Positions 33,505-43,550 of a stretch of 46,320 nucleotides of DNA are shown piece by piece. Each line of letters opens with the position of its first letter. The first letter of the stretch is position 1. The notes under the pieces are model-generated. The model had not been told where the DNA came from, made no database searches, and saw nothing but the letters and a program-made list of their open reading frames with translations. This DNA is from Tubiluchus corallicola (Eukaryota; Animalia; Priapulida): assembly GCA_030141605.1 (NCBI GenBank), contig JAQGDQ010002412.1:1-46320 (forward strand). The letters run 5' to 3'. A program made the translations under genes and the position numbers.

Positions 33505-33547
33505 GTGATAATGTTATTTAACACACACTATATGTTGATTAATACCA

Positions 33548-34490
33548 TTAATTAGTACTATTTTTTAATAATTCTATTTTTTCAAAAAGTACTTCGTTAA
33601 TTTTTGTATAAGATTCTTTTGTCCACCCTGCTACGTGTGGACTAATGATTACATTATGTTTATTAGATAGTTGTTGCACTATTTGTTTTTGTTTGTCGGT
33701 TAGTGTATCAAAATTTTCATTTTCTAATACATCCAAGCCTGCTGCAATAATGTTATTATTGTTTAAATGGTGCAGTAAGTCTTTTAAAACAACAATTTTT
33801 CCTCGTGAAGTATTAATAAAAACCAGTTTCTTACTGAATGAGTTAAAAAAAAGATTATTGCACAAGGCATCTGTTTCTTCCGTTAATGGAATGTGTAGGC
33901 TAACAATGTCAGCAAGATTAAATATTGTTTCCATGTTGGTTTCAATAACTTGCGACGTTCCAAAGTTTTTTTTGTATTTATCATATACTAATATTTTGCA
34001 ACCAAAATTTTTTAACAATTTAGCCACCTGTTGCCCCATATGTCCATAGCCAACTATTCCTACAGTCTTGCTGCTTAGTTCTGTTCCACGACATCCTTCT
34101 CTATCCCAAACCATATTATTGATTTCTCCGTCTCCTTTTTTTAGGTTATTTAATAGAGATAGTGTTAGCCCAATAGTATGCTCTGCCACAGCATTTTTAT
34201 TGCCCTCAGGAGCAGTGATTAATTTGATATGTTTTTTGTGCATATTCTACATCTATAGTATTAATGCCAGCCCCTGCTCGTGCAATAAATTCTAATTTTT
34301 TAGCAGCATCAATAAATTCTTTGTCTATTATTGTTTTGCTTCTAATAATTAATCCTTCATAATTATTAATAATTTTTAAAAGCTCACTGCGTTCTATATT
34401 AGGAAAGTAGTCCACATTATAGTCGTTCTTATTTTGAAAAAGAGATGTTATTGTCTTACACACTCTATCGGCAATAATAATATTGAACAT
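33548..34490 (-). CDS. D-isomer-specific 2-hydroxyacid dehydrogenase, SerA-like (frameshift near 34235)
   Basis: IARAGAG, AVAEH, GIVGYGHMG, INTSRG, GLDVLE and SPHVAGWT. Confidence 0.9.
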
Positions 34491-34662
34491 ACAAACTTGT
34501 TTTTTTTATGTCATAAAATTTTTAGAAATTTACGAAAAAACATACAATTTGTAGAAAAAAATCGTTTAAAAAAACAGAGTAATCTATGTGTTATAAATAA
34601 AAAACATTTATATTTACGGAAAAATCAAAGTAATACTGTCCTAGAAATTAAATTATATAGAA

Positions 34663-35391
34663 ATGAAATACAATGTTAAGGCATTATTAATAGGAATTAT
34701 AACTGTTTTAGTTGTAGTATCTTGTGGAGAATCTGATGGAGAGGATCCCTCTTATGTTTATAGGTCGGGAGGATCAGGGGAGTTTATCTTAATGAGACAA
34801 ATTGGCGACAGAACATATCCGTTGGATTCGGGAGAAATACATCAAAAAATTATAGAAACTAAGGAGGTGCAACGAGAAGTGACTGACCCTATAACAGGAC
34901 TGCCTATAGAAGGAGAATATGAGACTATACTCTATCATACAACGAAAGCAACTATTTTTCTTAGAGAAAACACCGTTAACGTTTTTGTTAATAACCAAGG
35001 AGTAGATGTGAGTCAATATGGTGCATATGCTAAGTTAGTCATCACAAAAGATGTTGAAGATGGAAAAGATATAGATTTGGACGGCTCGTATGACCTTAAA
35101 TTTACTGCCTCATCATCAATAGAAGCGGAGTTCTCAATGTATCCATATTATGATGAAAATGAAGAACCAATAGAAAAAGAGGTTTGGTTTTTTGGTCCTG
35201 AAGTAGTAGATGCTGGACGAGAAAGAGTGCCAGGTGTGAACGTCTCTAAAGGTGGAAACAAGATTTCTGTTAACGAAGCATACGCTTATAGTCGTATACT
35301 AGATGAAAATGGAGATTTTGTATATGCAATAAGAGATTCTGTAAGAGCAAAGTTAGACTTCAATAACACTCTAACTGCGTTAAGATATTAG
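34663..35391 (+). CDS. Hypothetical lipoprotein
   Basis: Lipobox VVVS-C followed by acidic GESDGED. 242-aa open frame with no recognisable family. Confidence 0.75.
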   Translation: MKYNVKALLIGIITVLVVVSCGESDGEDPSYVYRSGGSGEFILMRQIGDRTYPLDSGEIHQKIIETKEVQREVTDPITGLPIEGEYETILYHTTKATIFLRENTVNVFVNNQGVDVSQYGAYAKLVITKDVEDGKDIDLDGSYDLKFTASSSIEAEFSMYPYYDENEEPIEKEVWFFGPEVVDAGRERVPGVNVSKGGNKISVNEAYAYSRILDENGDFVYAIRDSVRAKLDFNNTLTALRY

Positions 35392-35458
35392 TTTTTTGGA
35401 AAGCTTGGAGTCGCAAAAGAGTTTTTTCAACTCCCCCTTCTGTTTAACTTACAAATTC

Positions 35459-35513
35459 AAAAGTACAAGAAAAGTACAAGTATAGGTCACTTGTACTTTA
35501 TTTAATTTGTACT
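35459..35513. terminator. Probable bidirectional terminator between convergent genes
   Basis: Perfect 11-bp stem AAAGTACAAGT (35471-35481)/ACTTGTACTTT (35489-35499) with A/T-rich flanks. Confidence 0.65.
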
Positions 35514-35527
35514 GTATCTTTATTTTA

Positions 35528-37426
35528 TTATGAACTGAAAGTTAAGATTTTTAGTAGGTGTTTTATTTGAGAAAAATCAGGCATGATATAGTGTGCTCCT
35601 GCTTTAATCAACCTTGTTCTTTTATAATCCTCTAAGCCATATCTTCGTATCTCATCAGTAGCCAACCCTATACATAATCCTTCTACTCTTCTACCTTCCA
35701 TTAGCTCAACAGGCCCATCGCCAACAAGCATCAAGTTTTCTCCATTACATTTGTTTTGCTTCATAATTCGTTGTATTACCATACGTTTAGCATCTCCAAT
35801 CTCATTGCCAATAGACCCATGAATTCCTCCTGTAAAAGCATCTGCATAGCCTAATTGCTTGGCTTCGTTAATAACATCGTCTTGGTCTGTACCGCTAGCC
35901 AAGTAGAGTTTAACGCCTTTTCCTTTTAATATTTCTAATGTTTGGGTGGCATTGGCAATAGTAAAGTCGTTTAGACTTCTTTCACCTTTTTTAAAACGCT
36001 TTATTCTATCTTTAACACTTACCATCAGCCGTTTAAGATAAATTGCTTTGTACTCTGCTCCACTTAATACTTTTTTTTCATCTATATATCCTTCTTCTCT
36101 TACCATATCAGCCAATCCCATCATTTGTATAATAGTTTGAATGCCCGTGGTAGTGCTAATATAATTTTTACATTTTTCTGAAAGTCTGTTGTACTCTTTG
36201 TCAGAAATATTTTTTAATTGTGCTCCACAAATGCTCTCCATCATTACATCAAACATTACACTCTCCCAGCCTTCTCTTAGAACAGATATAGTGCCATCGT
36301 GGTCAAATATTACATGCTTTATATTATATTTCTTTAGATTGGGTTGCTCTACTATTTCTATGTCTGTGTTACCAATATACTGTGCAATTCTATTGTTTTT
36401 TGCTAAATGCAAGTTGTATAAGTGTGTTTTTTCTTTGTTTAAACTCAATATTTCTTGCAATGATGCAGTACCCGTTTGTTTCAGCTTTTTAATGGTTACA
36501 GCAGCAGCTATATTGGTTATTTCTAATGCCTGTTGTGTAGTTGCCTTGGCAGCATAACAAGTAGAGAAAGCACCTATGCATGTATCTCCAGCCCCAACTG
36601 TATCTATTTCTCCTGTGGTATAGATACCTTTTTCGTGAAGGGTAGTCTTGCCATTAGAGAAAAACATTCCATTTTCTCCACTTGTCATAACAATTGCTTT
36701 TTTTGTTTTCTTAACGGCTTCTTTTACACACTCTTTTAATGCGGACACGTCAGATATACTAGCCTGTTTTTTTTGTAACAAGTGCTGCACCTCAGATGTG
36801 TTAATTTTTAAAATGACATTATTTTTAAGCTTTTCCCCATCTGTTCTAAAATCAGCAACGTAGATACACTTTTTATTTTTTGTTATGATCTTATTAATTG
36901 CGCTTATTGTCCAAGAATCTATTATGGGGTTGATGAACTGCTTGTTTAAAATCAGAACATCTAATGATTTGATGCTTTTTTGAAGACTTGCTATGATAGC
37001 CTTCCTTATTTTTTGAGTATAATTGTTGCCCCCTCCGTAATCTATTCTATTATCTTCTTCCCGAGCATTTATTTGGGGCTTAACATAACAGCAGGTGTCC
37101 CCTTCTATTTTTTCAAAGCCATCAGTATTCATCTTTTGTCTTTTGAATAAACGTATTAGCTCTCTTCCCCATATGTCGTCTCCTACTACTCCAAAAAGAT
37201 GAATGTTTTTTACTCCCAAACTCTTTACATTCATAGCAACGTTTCCAGCTCCTCCGGGAGAGCATTTTGTAGTATCAGCATGAAAAACATTTAGGTCTGT
37301 TTCTACTGAAATTTCGCTTGTATTTTTGTTTAGATTATAATATACGTCTAATGCAAAATCACCTAGTATCCCTACTTTTAGTTTCTTAATTTTTTTAAAA
37401 ATCTCTTTAATTTCTTTTTCGTTCAT
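35528..37426 (-). CDS. HldA/RfaE-domain-I-like PfkB sugar kinase fused to a HAD-family phosphatase
   Basis: N-terminal GDFALDVY, PGGAGNVA and DTVGAGD. C-terminal FDHDGT (motif I), LASGT (motif II) and VGDGPVE (motif IV). Confidence 0.88.
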   Translation of the reverse strand: MNEKEIKEIFKKIKKLKVGILGDFALDVYYNLNKNTSEISVETDLNVFHADTTKCSPGGAGNVAMNVKSLGVKNIHLFGVVGDDIWGRELIRLFKRQKMNTDGFEKIEGDTCCYVKPQINAREEDNRIDYGGGNNYTQKIRKAIIASLQKSIKSLDVLILNKQFINPIIDSWTISAINKIITKNKKCIYVADFRTDGEKLKNNVILKINTSEVQHLLQKKQASISDVSALKECVKEAVKKTKKAIVMTSGENGMFFSNGKTTLHEKGIYTTGEIDTVGAGDTCIGAFSTCYAAKATTQQALEITNIAAAVTIKKLKQTGTASLQEILSLNKEKTHLYNLHLAKNNRIAQYIGNTDIEIVEQPNLKKYNIKHVIFDHDGTISVLREGWESVMFDVMMESICGAQLKNISDKEYNRLSEKCKNYISTTTGIQTIIQMMGLADMVREEGYIDEKKVLSGAEYKAIYLKRLMVSVKDRIKRFKKGERSLNDFTIANATQTLEILKGKGVKLYLASGTDQDDVINEAKQLGYADAFTGGIHGSIGNEIGDAKRMVIQRIMKQNKCNGENLMLVGDGPVELMEGRRVEGLCIGLATDEIRRYGLEDYKRTRLIKAGAHYIMPDFSQIKHLLKILTFSS

Positions 37427-37460
37427 AGTTTTCAGCGCCTTGCTTAATTAAGTTTTAATT

Positions 37461-38396
37461 TTATTTTAAATAACCATTAGAGTCTTTCAAGTTGGTGTAA
37501 TATTTTACAACGCCATCTTTTAGAGAGTGAAATTCTTCAGTGTAGCCTATGTTTCTGAGATTTGTCAAATCTGCTTTTGTAAATGTTTGATACTTCCCTT
37601 TTAGCTTATCAGGAAACGGTACATATTCTAATTTTACCTCTTCTTTCCCGCAATAATATCAGCTATGTCAGTAAAGTATTAGCTGTCCCTGTGCCACAGT
37701 TAAAAATACCACTTTTTTTGCTCTCAAATAAAAATTAAATACACTTTTAACATCCTCAATAAAAATGAAATCTCTTAAAAAATTATCACTCCCTTCAAAT
37801 ACTTTTATTTTGCCCTCATTTTTCACCTGATTATAAAAGTGGAAAATAACCGAAGCCATATTTCCCTTGTGATTTTCTTGATAACCATAAACATTAAAAT
37901 AGCGCAAACCTAATACTTGTGCATTGGAGCGATTTTCTTTCATAAATCTCCTTACATAGTTATCAAAGGAAAATTTTGAGAAGGCATATACATTGAGAGG
38001 ATATTCATACTCAACACCTTCAATAAAGCCTTTATCTCCATTACCATATACCGATGCACTAGATGCGTATAGGAAGTCAGCAGAATGATAAGCACAGTAG
38101 TGCAGCAACTCTTTTGAATATTCGTAATTGTTTTTCATCATATACTTTCCATCAGACTCCATAGTAGATGAGCAAGCGCCTTGATGTACTATTTTTTTTA
38201 CTTTTTTAAGCTTAGGTAGCTGCTCTAAAAAATCATGCTTATCTATATAATCTTTAAACTCCAATTTGTTTAAATTCAAGTGTTTTTCTGCGTTGGTTAG
38301 GTTGTCAACAATCAAAATGTCGTCATAACCTTGCTCGTTTAGCCCTTTTACAAGGTTACTCCCTATAAAGCCAGCTCCTCCTGTTACAATAATCAT
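37461..38396 (-). CDS. hldD: ADP-L-glycero-D-manno-heptose 6-epimerase (three apparent 1-nt deletions at 37640-37735)
   Basis: [42 protein letters not shown] and [17 protein letters not shown]. The shifted C-terminus GIFNCGTG...[18 protein letters not shown] runs to TAA at 37461. Confidence 0.93.
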
Positions 38397-38408
38397 GTGT
38401 TTCTTTAT

Positions 38409-38873
38409 TTAAGCGTGTTTCATTTTTGATATGGTTTTTGTAGTGGAATATCCCTCTACAAAGTCTATAAGAATTACTTCCTTAACAAATTCTCTTCCTA
38501 TTACGTCTTCAATTTTATAGTCCCCACCTTTTACTAAAACATCAGGTTTTAGTTTAGATAAAATTTCAAATGGTGTATCCTCTTTAAACATTACAATATA
38601 ATCAATGCATTCAAGTCCTGCTAATACAAAGGCTCTATCTTCTTCATTGTTAATGGGGCGAGATTCACCTTTTATTCGCTTAACAGAAGCATCGCTATTA
38701 AGTCCTAAAATCAATTTATCGCCTAATTTTTTTGTCTCTTGTAGATAGGCAACATGTCCTTTGTGGAGTATGTCAAAACAGCCGTTTGTCCAAACAATTT
38801 TAAGTCCTTTTTCTTTATCTTCTTGCAGTTGCTTTAGCAAAGCGTCTAGCGAAAACAGCTTTTCATTATTCAT
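38409..38873 (-). CDS. rfaE2: D-glycero-beta-D-manno-heptose 1-phosphate adenylyltransferase (RfaE domain II / HldC)
   Basis: WTNGCFDILHKGH, GLNSDASVKRIKGESRP, PDVLVKGGDY and GYSTT. Confidence 0.94.
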   Translation of the reverse strand: MNNEKLFSLDALLKQLQEDKEKGLKIVWTNGCFDILHKGHVAYLQETKKLGDKLILGLNSDASVKRIKGESRPINNEEDRAFVLAGLECIDYIVMFKEDTPFEILSKLKPDVLVKGGDYKIEDVIGREFVKEVILIDFVEGYSTTKTISKMKHA

Positions 38874-38955
38874 TTTTATGTCTTTTTTTAATAAAACAAA
38901 TTTATTTTGCTAAATTACGAATTTTAAGTTAAAACCAAAAATATATAAAATTAAT

Positions 38956-40221
38956 ATGATAAACCTACAGTTATATAGACAAGAAATAGAGGCACATTTG
39001 AATAATGAATTACTACCATTTTGGACTAGCCGCATAATAGACAAAGAAAATGGAGGTTTTTTAACACATTTTGATAAAGATGGCAATGATACAGGAGAAG
39101 ATGAAAAGTCTTTAATTGCACAAACACGCTCCCTTTATACTATCTCTTCTGCCCATCGGGCAGGTTATGGTAATGGAAAATTAGGTGACATGGCAAGGTA
39201 TGGAGTAGATTTTTTGTTGGATAAAATGTGGGATAAAAAGCATGGTGGATTTTATTGGATGCTTAATAGAAAAGGTGAGGTAAAAATAGATAAGAAAGTT
39301 TTATACGGGCACAGTTTTGCTATCTATTCTTTAAGTGAGTACACGTTGGCAACGGGGGATAAAAGAGGAGTAGAACATGCGGAGAAAGTGTTTGATATTA
39401 TACAAAAATATGCAGCAGACACAGAGTGTGGGGGATATTTTGAAATGTTTGAACGAAATTGGGACTTGTCAGGTAGTGGAGCAGAAGGAGGAGACCGAAA
39501 AACATTAGACGTACATATGCATCTTATGGAGGCATTTACTTCTTTATATGAGGCGACAAAAAGACAACTGCATAAAAGAAAATTAATGGAGGTTATCAAT
39601 TTGTTGCTTGATAAATTTATTCATCATAAATACAAAACGGGCATCCCACAATTTAATAAATATTTTGAGGTGATGCCGCAAATTAAGTTCAATATTATTT
39701 GGGGGTGGGACCGATATGCAGAGGGAGGAGAAAAAGAGCACTCCGATGATAATACTTGTTATGGACATAATGCAGAGTTTGCCTGGTTGCTAATTCATGC
39801 CTTGCACATTGCAGACATAGGCATTGAGGAGTATAAAGCTACTTTAAAACAGATATTTGATCACACGGTAAATAATGGAATAGACAAAGAGTATGGGGGG
39901 GTGTATGTAGAGGGACCTCATGAAGGTGGTGTGTATGATAAAGAGAAGGAATTTTGGCAACAGGCAGAAGTGTTAATAGGGGTGTTGGATGCTTACATTA
40001 TTTTTAAAGAACAAAAATACTTTGATGTATATGATAATGTGCATAGATTTGTCTTTGACAAAGTGATCAACAAAGGGGTTGGAGAGTGGTTTCCACTATT
40101 AACAAGAGAGGGAAAACCTATTTGGACACATATGGGGCATTCTTGGAAAATTAATTATCATACCGTAAGAGCTATGATACAAAGTATAAATCGGTTGGAT
40201 AAAATTGCACTTATGAAATAA
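38956..40221 (+). CDS. AGE-family epimerase/isomerase (cellobiose 2-epimerase-like)
   Basis: LLPFW...DKENGGF, QTR, GGFYW, HLMEAF, YGHNAE, FWQQAE, GEWF and YHTVRA catalytic His motifs. Confidence 0.92.
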   Translation: MINLQLYRQEIEAHLNNELLPFWTSRIIDKENGGFLTHFDKDGNDTGEDEKSLIAQTRSLYTISSAHRAGYGNGKLGDMARYGVDFLLDKMWDKKHGGFYWMLNRKGEVKIDKKVLYGHSFAIYSLSEYTLATGDKRGVEHAEKVFDIIQKYAADTECGGYFEMFERNWDLSGSGAEGGDRKTLDVHMHLMEAFTSLYEATKRQLHKRKLMEVINLLLDKFIHHKYKTGIPQFNKYFEVMPQIKFNIIWGWDRYAEGGEKEHSDDNTCYGHNAEFAWLLIHALHIADIGIEEYKATLKQIFDHTVNNGIDKEYGGVYVEGPHEGGVYDKEKEFWQQAEVLIGVLDAYIIFKEQKYFDVYDNVHRFVFDKVINKGVGEWFPLLTREGKPIWTHMGHSWKINYHTVRAMIQSINRLDKIALMK

Positions 40222-40264
40222 AATTTTAATATAGATTTTAATTGTAGAGCTAAATTTAAAACTT

Positions 40265-41876
40265 ATGACACTTAATTTATCAATGCTGGACTGGATAGTG
40301 GGGGCTATTATTTTGGTAGGAAGTCTTTCTTTTGGGCTATATTTTGCACATAAAGCAAGAATAGGAGAAAACAGTTCAAGCTTTTTCTTGGGAGGACGAC
40401 GGATAACATGGCCAATAATTGGAGCATCTATTTTTGCAACTAACATTGGAGCAGAACATTTAGTAGGATTGTCAGGAGATGCATATAGATATGGGCTAAG
40501 TGCTGGTACTGTTGAGCTAACTACAATAATTACTTTGGGGTTTGCAAGTGCATTTCTTTTTCCCTATTACATGAAAAACAAGGTATTTACCATTCCTCAG
40601 TTTTTAGAGATACGTTACAATAAAGCAGCAAGAACATTCTTTTCTGTCCTAATGCTCATTATTTCCATTATGGCAAAAATGGCATTTACACTATTTGCGG
40701 GTGCATTAGTAATTAATGGAGTTTTAGGCTGGGATATTATGACTACTGTATTTTTGGTAGGTATTATCACCTGTTTTTTCACAATTATTGGAGGGCTTAC
40801 AGCGGTAGCTTACACTGATACTTTATTGGTGGCAGTAATGATAATAGGTTGCGGAATTATGTTATTTATAGGCTTGAACGAAGTAGGAGGGTGGAGTGCG
40901 TTGACGCTGAAAGTTCCAGAAGCTGTTAAAATAGGTAGGCCATACGATGACCCTGTATATCCTTTTTGGGGAATAATATCTACTGCTTTCTATGCAGGTA
41001 TTTTCTATTGGGGAGTAGATCAAGTAAATGTTCAAAGAGCATTAGCGGCCCCTAACATACAGCATGCCCGTTGGGGGGCTATGTTGCCGCTTATTCTTAA
41101 AGCTTTTGCCTTTATTTATTTTTGCTTTACCTGGTGTTATTGCTTTTGCCCTATTTCCAGGACTTGGTGAGGCTGATAGTAAGCAAACGTTTGTGTTGTT
41201 GCTAAATAATCTAATGCCAGCAGGGTTTAGGGGGGTAGTATTAGCAGCATTGATGGCGGCACTTATCTCCTCGCTTATTGCAGTAATGAATTCTATTTCC
41301 ACTTTGGCAGTGAAAGATTTTATAGTAGAATTCCGCCCTAAAACCTCTGAAAAAATGCAAGTTTATATTGGTAGAGTGGTGATTTTTTTCGCCACCCTGT
41401 TAGGAGTAGCAGCAACTTATTTGATATACAAATCAGAAGAAGGAATATATAAGTATTTACAAACAATTACTGCATATTTGGGTTTGCCCGTAATTCCTGC
41501 TATTGTATTAGGAATTATGAGCAGACGCGTTACATTAAAGGGGGCTTATGCCTCTGTGTGTGTAGGAATATTATTGTCGGCACTGTTTGTAACAGACCAG
41601 CTTATTGGGGTGGAAAAAGGAAAAGAACTGTTCCCTTTTTTACATTATAAGCTAACATATAATTTTGCATATCGTGGGTTGTGGGCTATTTGCATTGTCA
41701 TTGCTACGTTATTTACTGTTTCTGCTTTTACACCTAAAACAAGTAGAGAACAACTAGATAAAACAACAATAAATTGGAAGGGAAAAATAGAAAAGTTTGC
41801 AGGATGGACAGATTGGAGGTTGTATGCATTATTACTGGCAATAATTACCATCGCATTATATTGGTGGTTATACTAA
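40265..41876 (+). CDS. Sodium:solute symporter (SSS/SLC5, sugar type; frameshift near 41085-41095)
   Basis: FFLGGR, SIFATNIGAEHLVGLSG, TIPQFLEIRY, GGLTAVAYTD and DQVNVQRALAA, continuing in the second frame LKLLPLFIFALPG...MAALISS. Confidence 0.92.
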
Positions 41877-41918
41877 TAGTTGAGCAATATATAATTTAAA
41901 CACGTAAATAATAATAAT

Positions 41919-42419
41919 ATGGCTGAAAAGAAAAAACTCCTCAGAGAAGAACAAAATGGAATTATGGCTGGCGTCTCAATAGGATTGGCGCAGTATTTCG
42001 ATGTAGACGTATGGATAATACGAATAGTATTTTTACTGCTTTCACTTGGTGCAGGAAGTGGACTGCTAATATACATTATGTTATGGATAATGATACCTTC
42101 CAGTGAATCTCCTGACACTTCTATTTTAGATAAAATAAAGCAGCAAGATTTAAAAAAATGGAATGTTACCTATATTGCCATAATGCTAATTGTAGTAGGA
42201 TGTTTCTTTTTGATAGGGCAACTTTTTTCAATATCATTTAAAAAACTATTGCCATTGGCATTAATTATAGTAGGTATTTTTTTGTTGGCAAAAAAATTAG
42301 AAGATAATAAGAAAAAGAAAAACAAGGTACATGAAATACCAGCAGCAGAAAAAAAAACGGAAGTAAAGAAAAAAACAAAAAAGACAACCGTAAAAAACAA
42401 ATCAAAACAGAATAGTTAA
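41919..42419 (+). CDS. PspC-domain membrane protein with an additional TM pair
   Basis: IMAGVSIGLAQYFDVDVWIIRIVF...YIMLWIMIP PspC motif, LiaF-like TM helices and a Lys-rich tail. Confidence 0.88.
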   Translation: MAEKKKLLREEQNGIMAGVSIGLAQYFDVDVWIIRIVFLLLSLGAGSGLLIYIMLWIMIPSSESPDTSILDKIKQQDLKKWNVTYIAIMLIVVGCFFLIGQLFSISFKKLLPLALIIVGIFLLAKKLEDNKKKKNKVHEIPAAEKKTEVKKKTKKTTVKNKSKQNS

Positions 42420-43258
42420 TGTCAAGATGGAAAAGTAACAAACTTGCTAGTAGGATCTTAATAGCAATAGTAGGAGTGGCTGTTTTACTGCTATTAGTAA
42501 TTATAGGAAAAGAGGGCTATTTTGCAGCCTTTTTCATAATATGTGCCATGGCACTATATGAATTTTATACTATGGTGCTGCCAAAAAAAGAACGTTGGAT
42601 GCCAATTTTAGGGTTGATAATAGGCCTATTGCTATATTCTATGGCGTTTTTAGAACAGAGTAATCATTTTTCTGTTAAAATCTACTTTTTTACCCTCCCT
42701 CTAATTTTTATTTTAATGCTAATAAAATTATATGATAAGAGCGACGAGCACCCTTTTCAGACAATGGCATTTATTACCATGGGTTGGATATTTATTGTGC
42801 TTCCTTTTGCATTGCTCCACAGCCTAGTCTACAATGAGCAAGGTGAATACTCATATATCATTGTGATAGGGTTAATGTGCTTGGTATGGGCGACAGATAC
42901 AGGTGGATATTTTATTGGGATTAGATTTGGAAAAAACAAAATTTTCCCAAGAGTTTCTCCTAAAAAATCATGGGAAGGCTTTATAGGAGGAGGAGTGTTT
43001 AATCTTATTGTAGCAATGATTTTTGCAGTCAATACAGATATACTTACTGTTACTCAATGGATTTTGATGTCTGTTGTGGTGTTAGTCTTTGGCACTTTTG
43101 GTGATTTAGTAGAATCTATGCTAAAAAGAAGCTTGAATACAAAAGATTCTAGTAATATGTTAAAGGGACATGGAGGCTTTTTAGATCGATTTGATGCTTT
43201 TATTTTTTCAATACCCTTTTTGTGGTTAATGTTAGAAATTTTCAAGTTTTGTGCATAA
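42419..43258 (+). CDS. cdsA: Phosphatidate cytidylyltransferase
   Basis: WATDTGGYF, SPKKSWEG, GDLVESMLKR and KDSS...GHGGFLDRFD. Confidence 0.96.
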   Translation: MSRWKSNKLASRILIAIVGVAVLLLLVIIGKEGYFAAFFIICAMALYEFYTMVLPKKERWMPILGLIIGLLLYSMAFLEQSNHFSVKIYFFTLPLIFILMLIKLYDKSDEHPFQTMAFITMGWIFIVLPFALLHSLVYNEQGEYSYIIVIGLMCLVWATDTGGYFIGIRFGKNKIFPRVSPKKSWEGFIGGGVFNLIVAMIFAVNTDILTVTQWILMSVVVLVFGTFGDLVESMLKRSLNTKDSSNMLKGHGGFLDRFDAFIFSIPFLWLMLEIFKFCA

Positions 43259-43550
43259 ATCTGGCATATTTTACATGAAAAATATAGTTGAAAACTTAGA
43301 TTTATTAAAGTTTTGCAAATTTTTTTCATTTTAAAGGGGTTTCCAAATTATACTATTAGGGATATATATTAAAAAATAGAGATTCTAAAATGTAAAGATT
43401 ATATACCCTGTAATTATGTGTATTTATTTAGAAAATTCATTTAAAATTTCTAATAAATAATTTGTTTTTAGATTATTATAATGTTTATTTTAAAGTGAAT
43501 TTGCAAACAACACTATTTAAATAACTGAAAGACAGAAAGAAATAAGAAAA

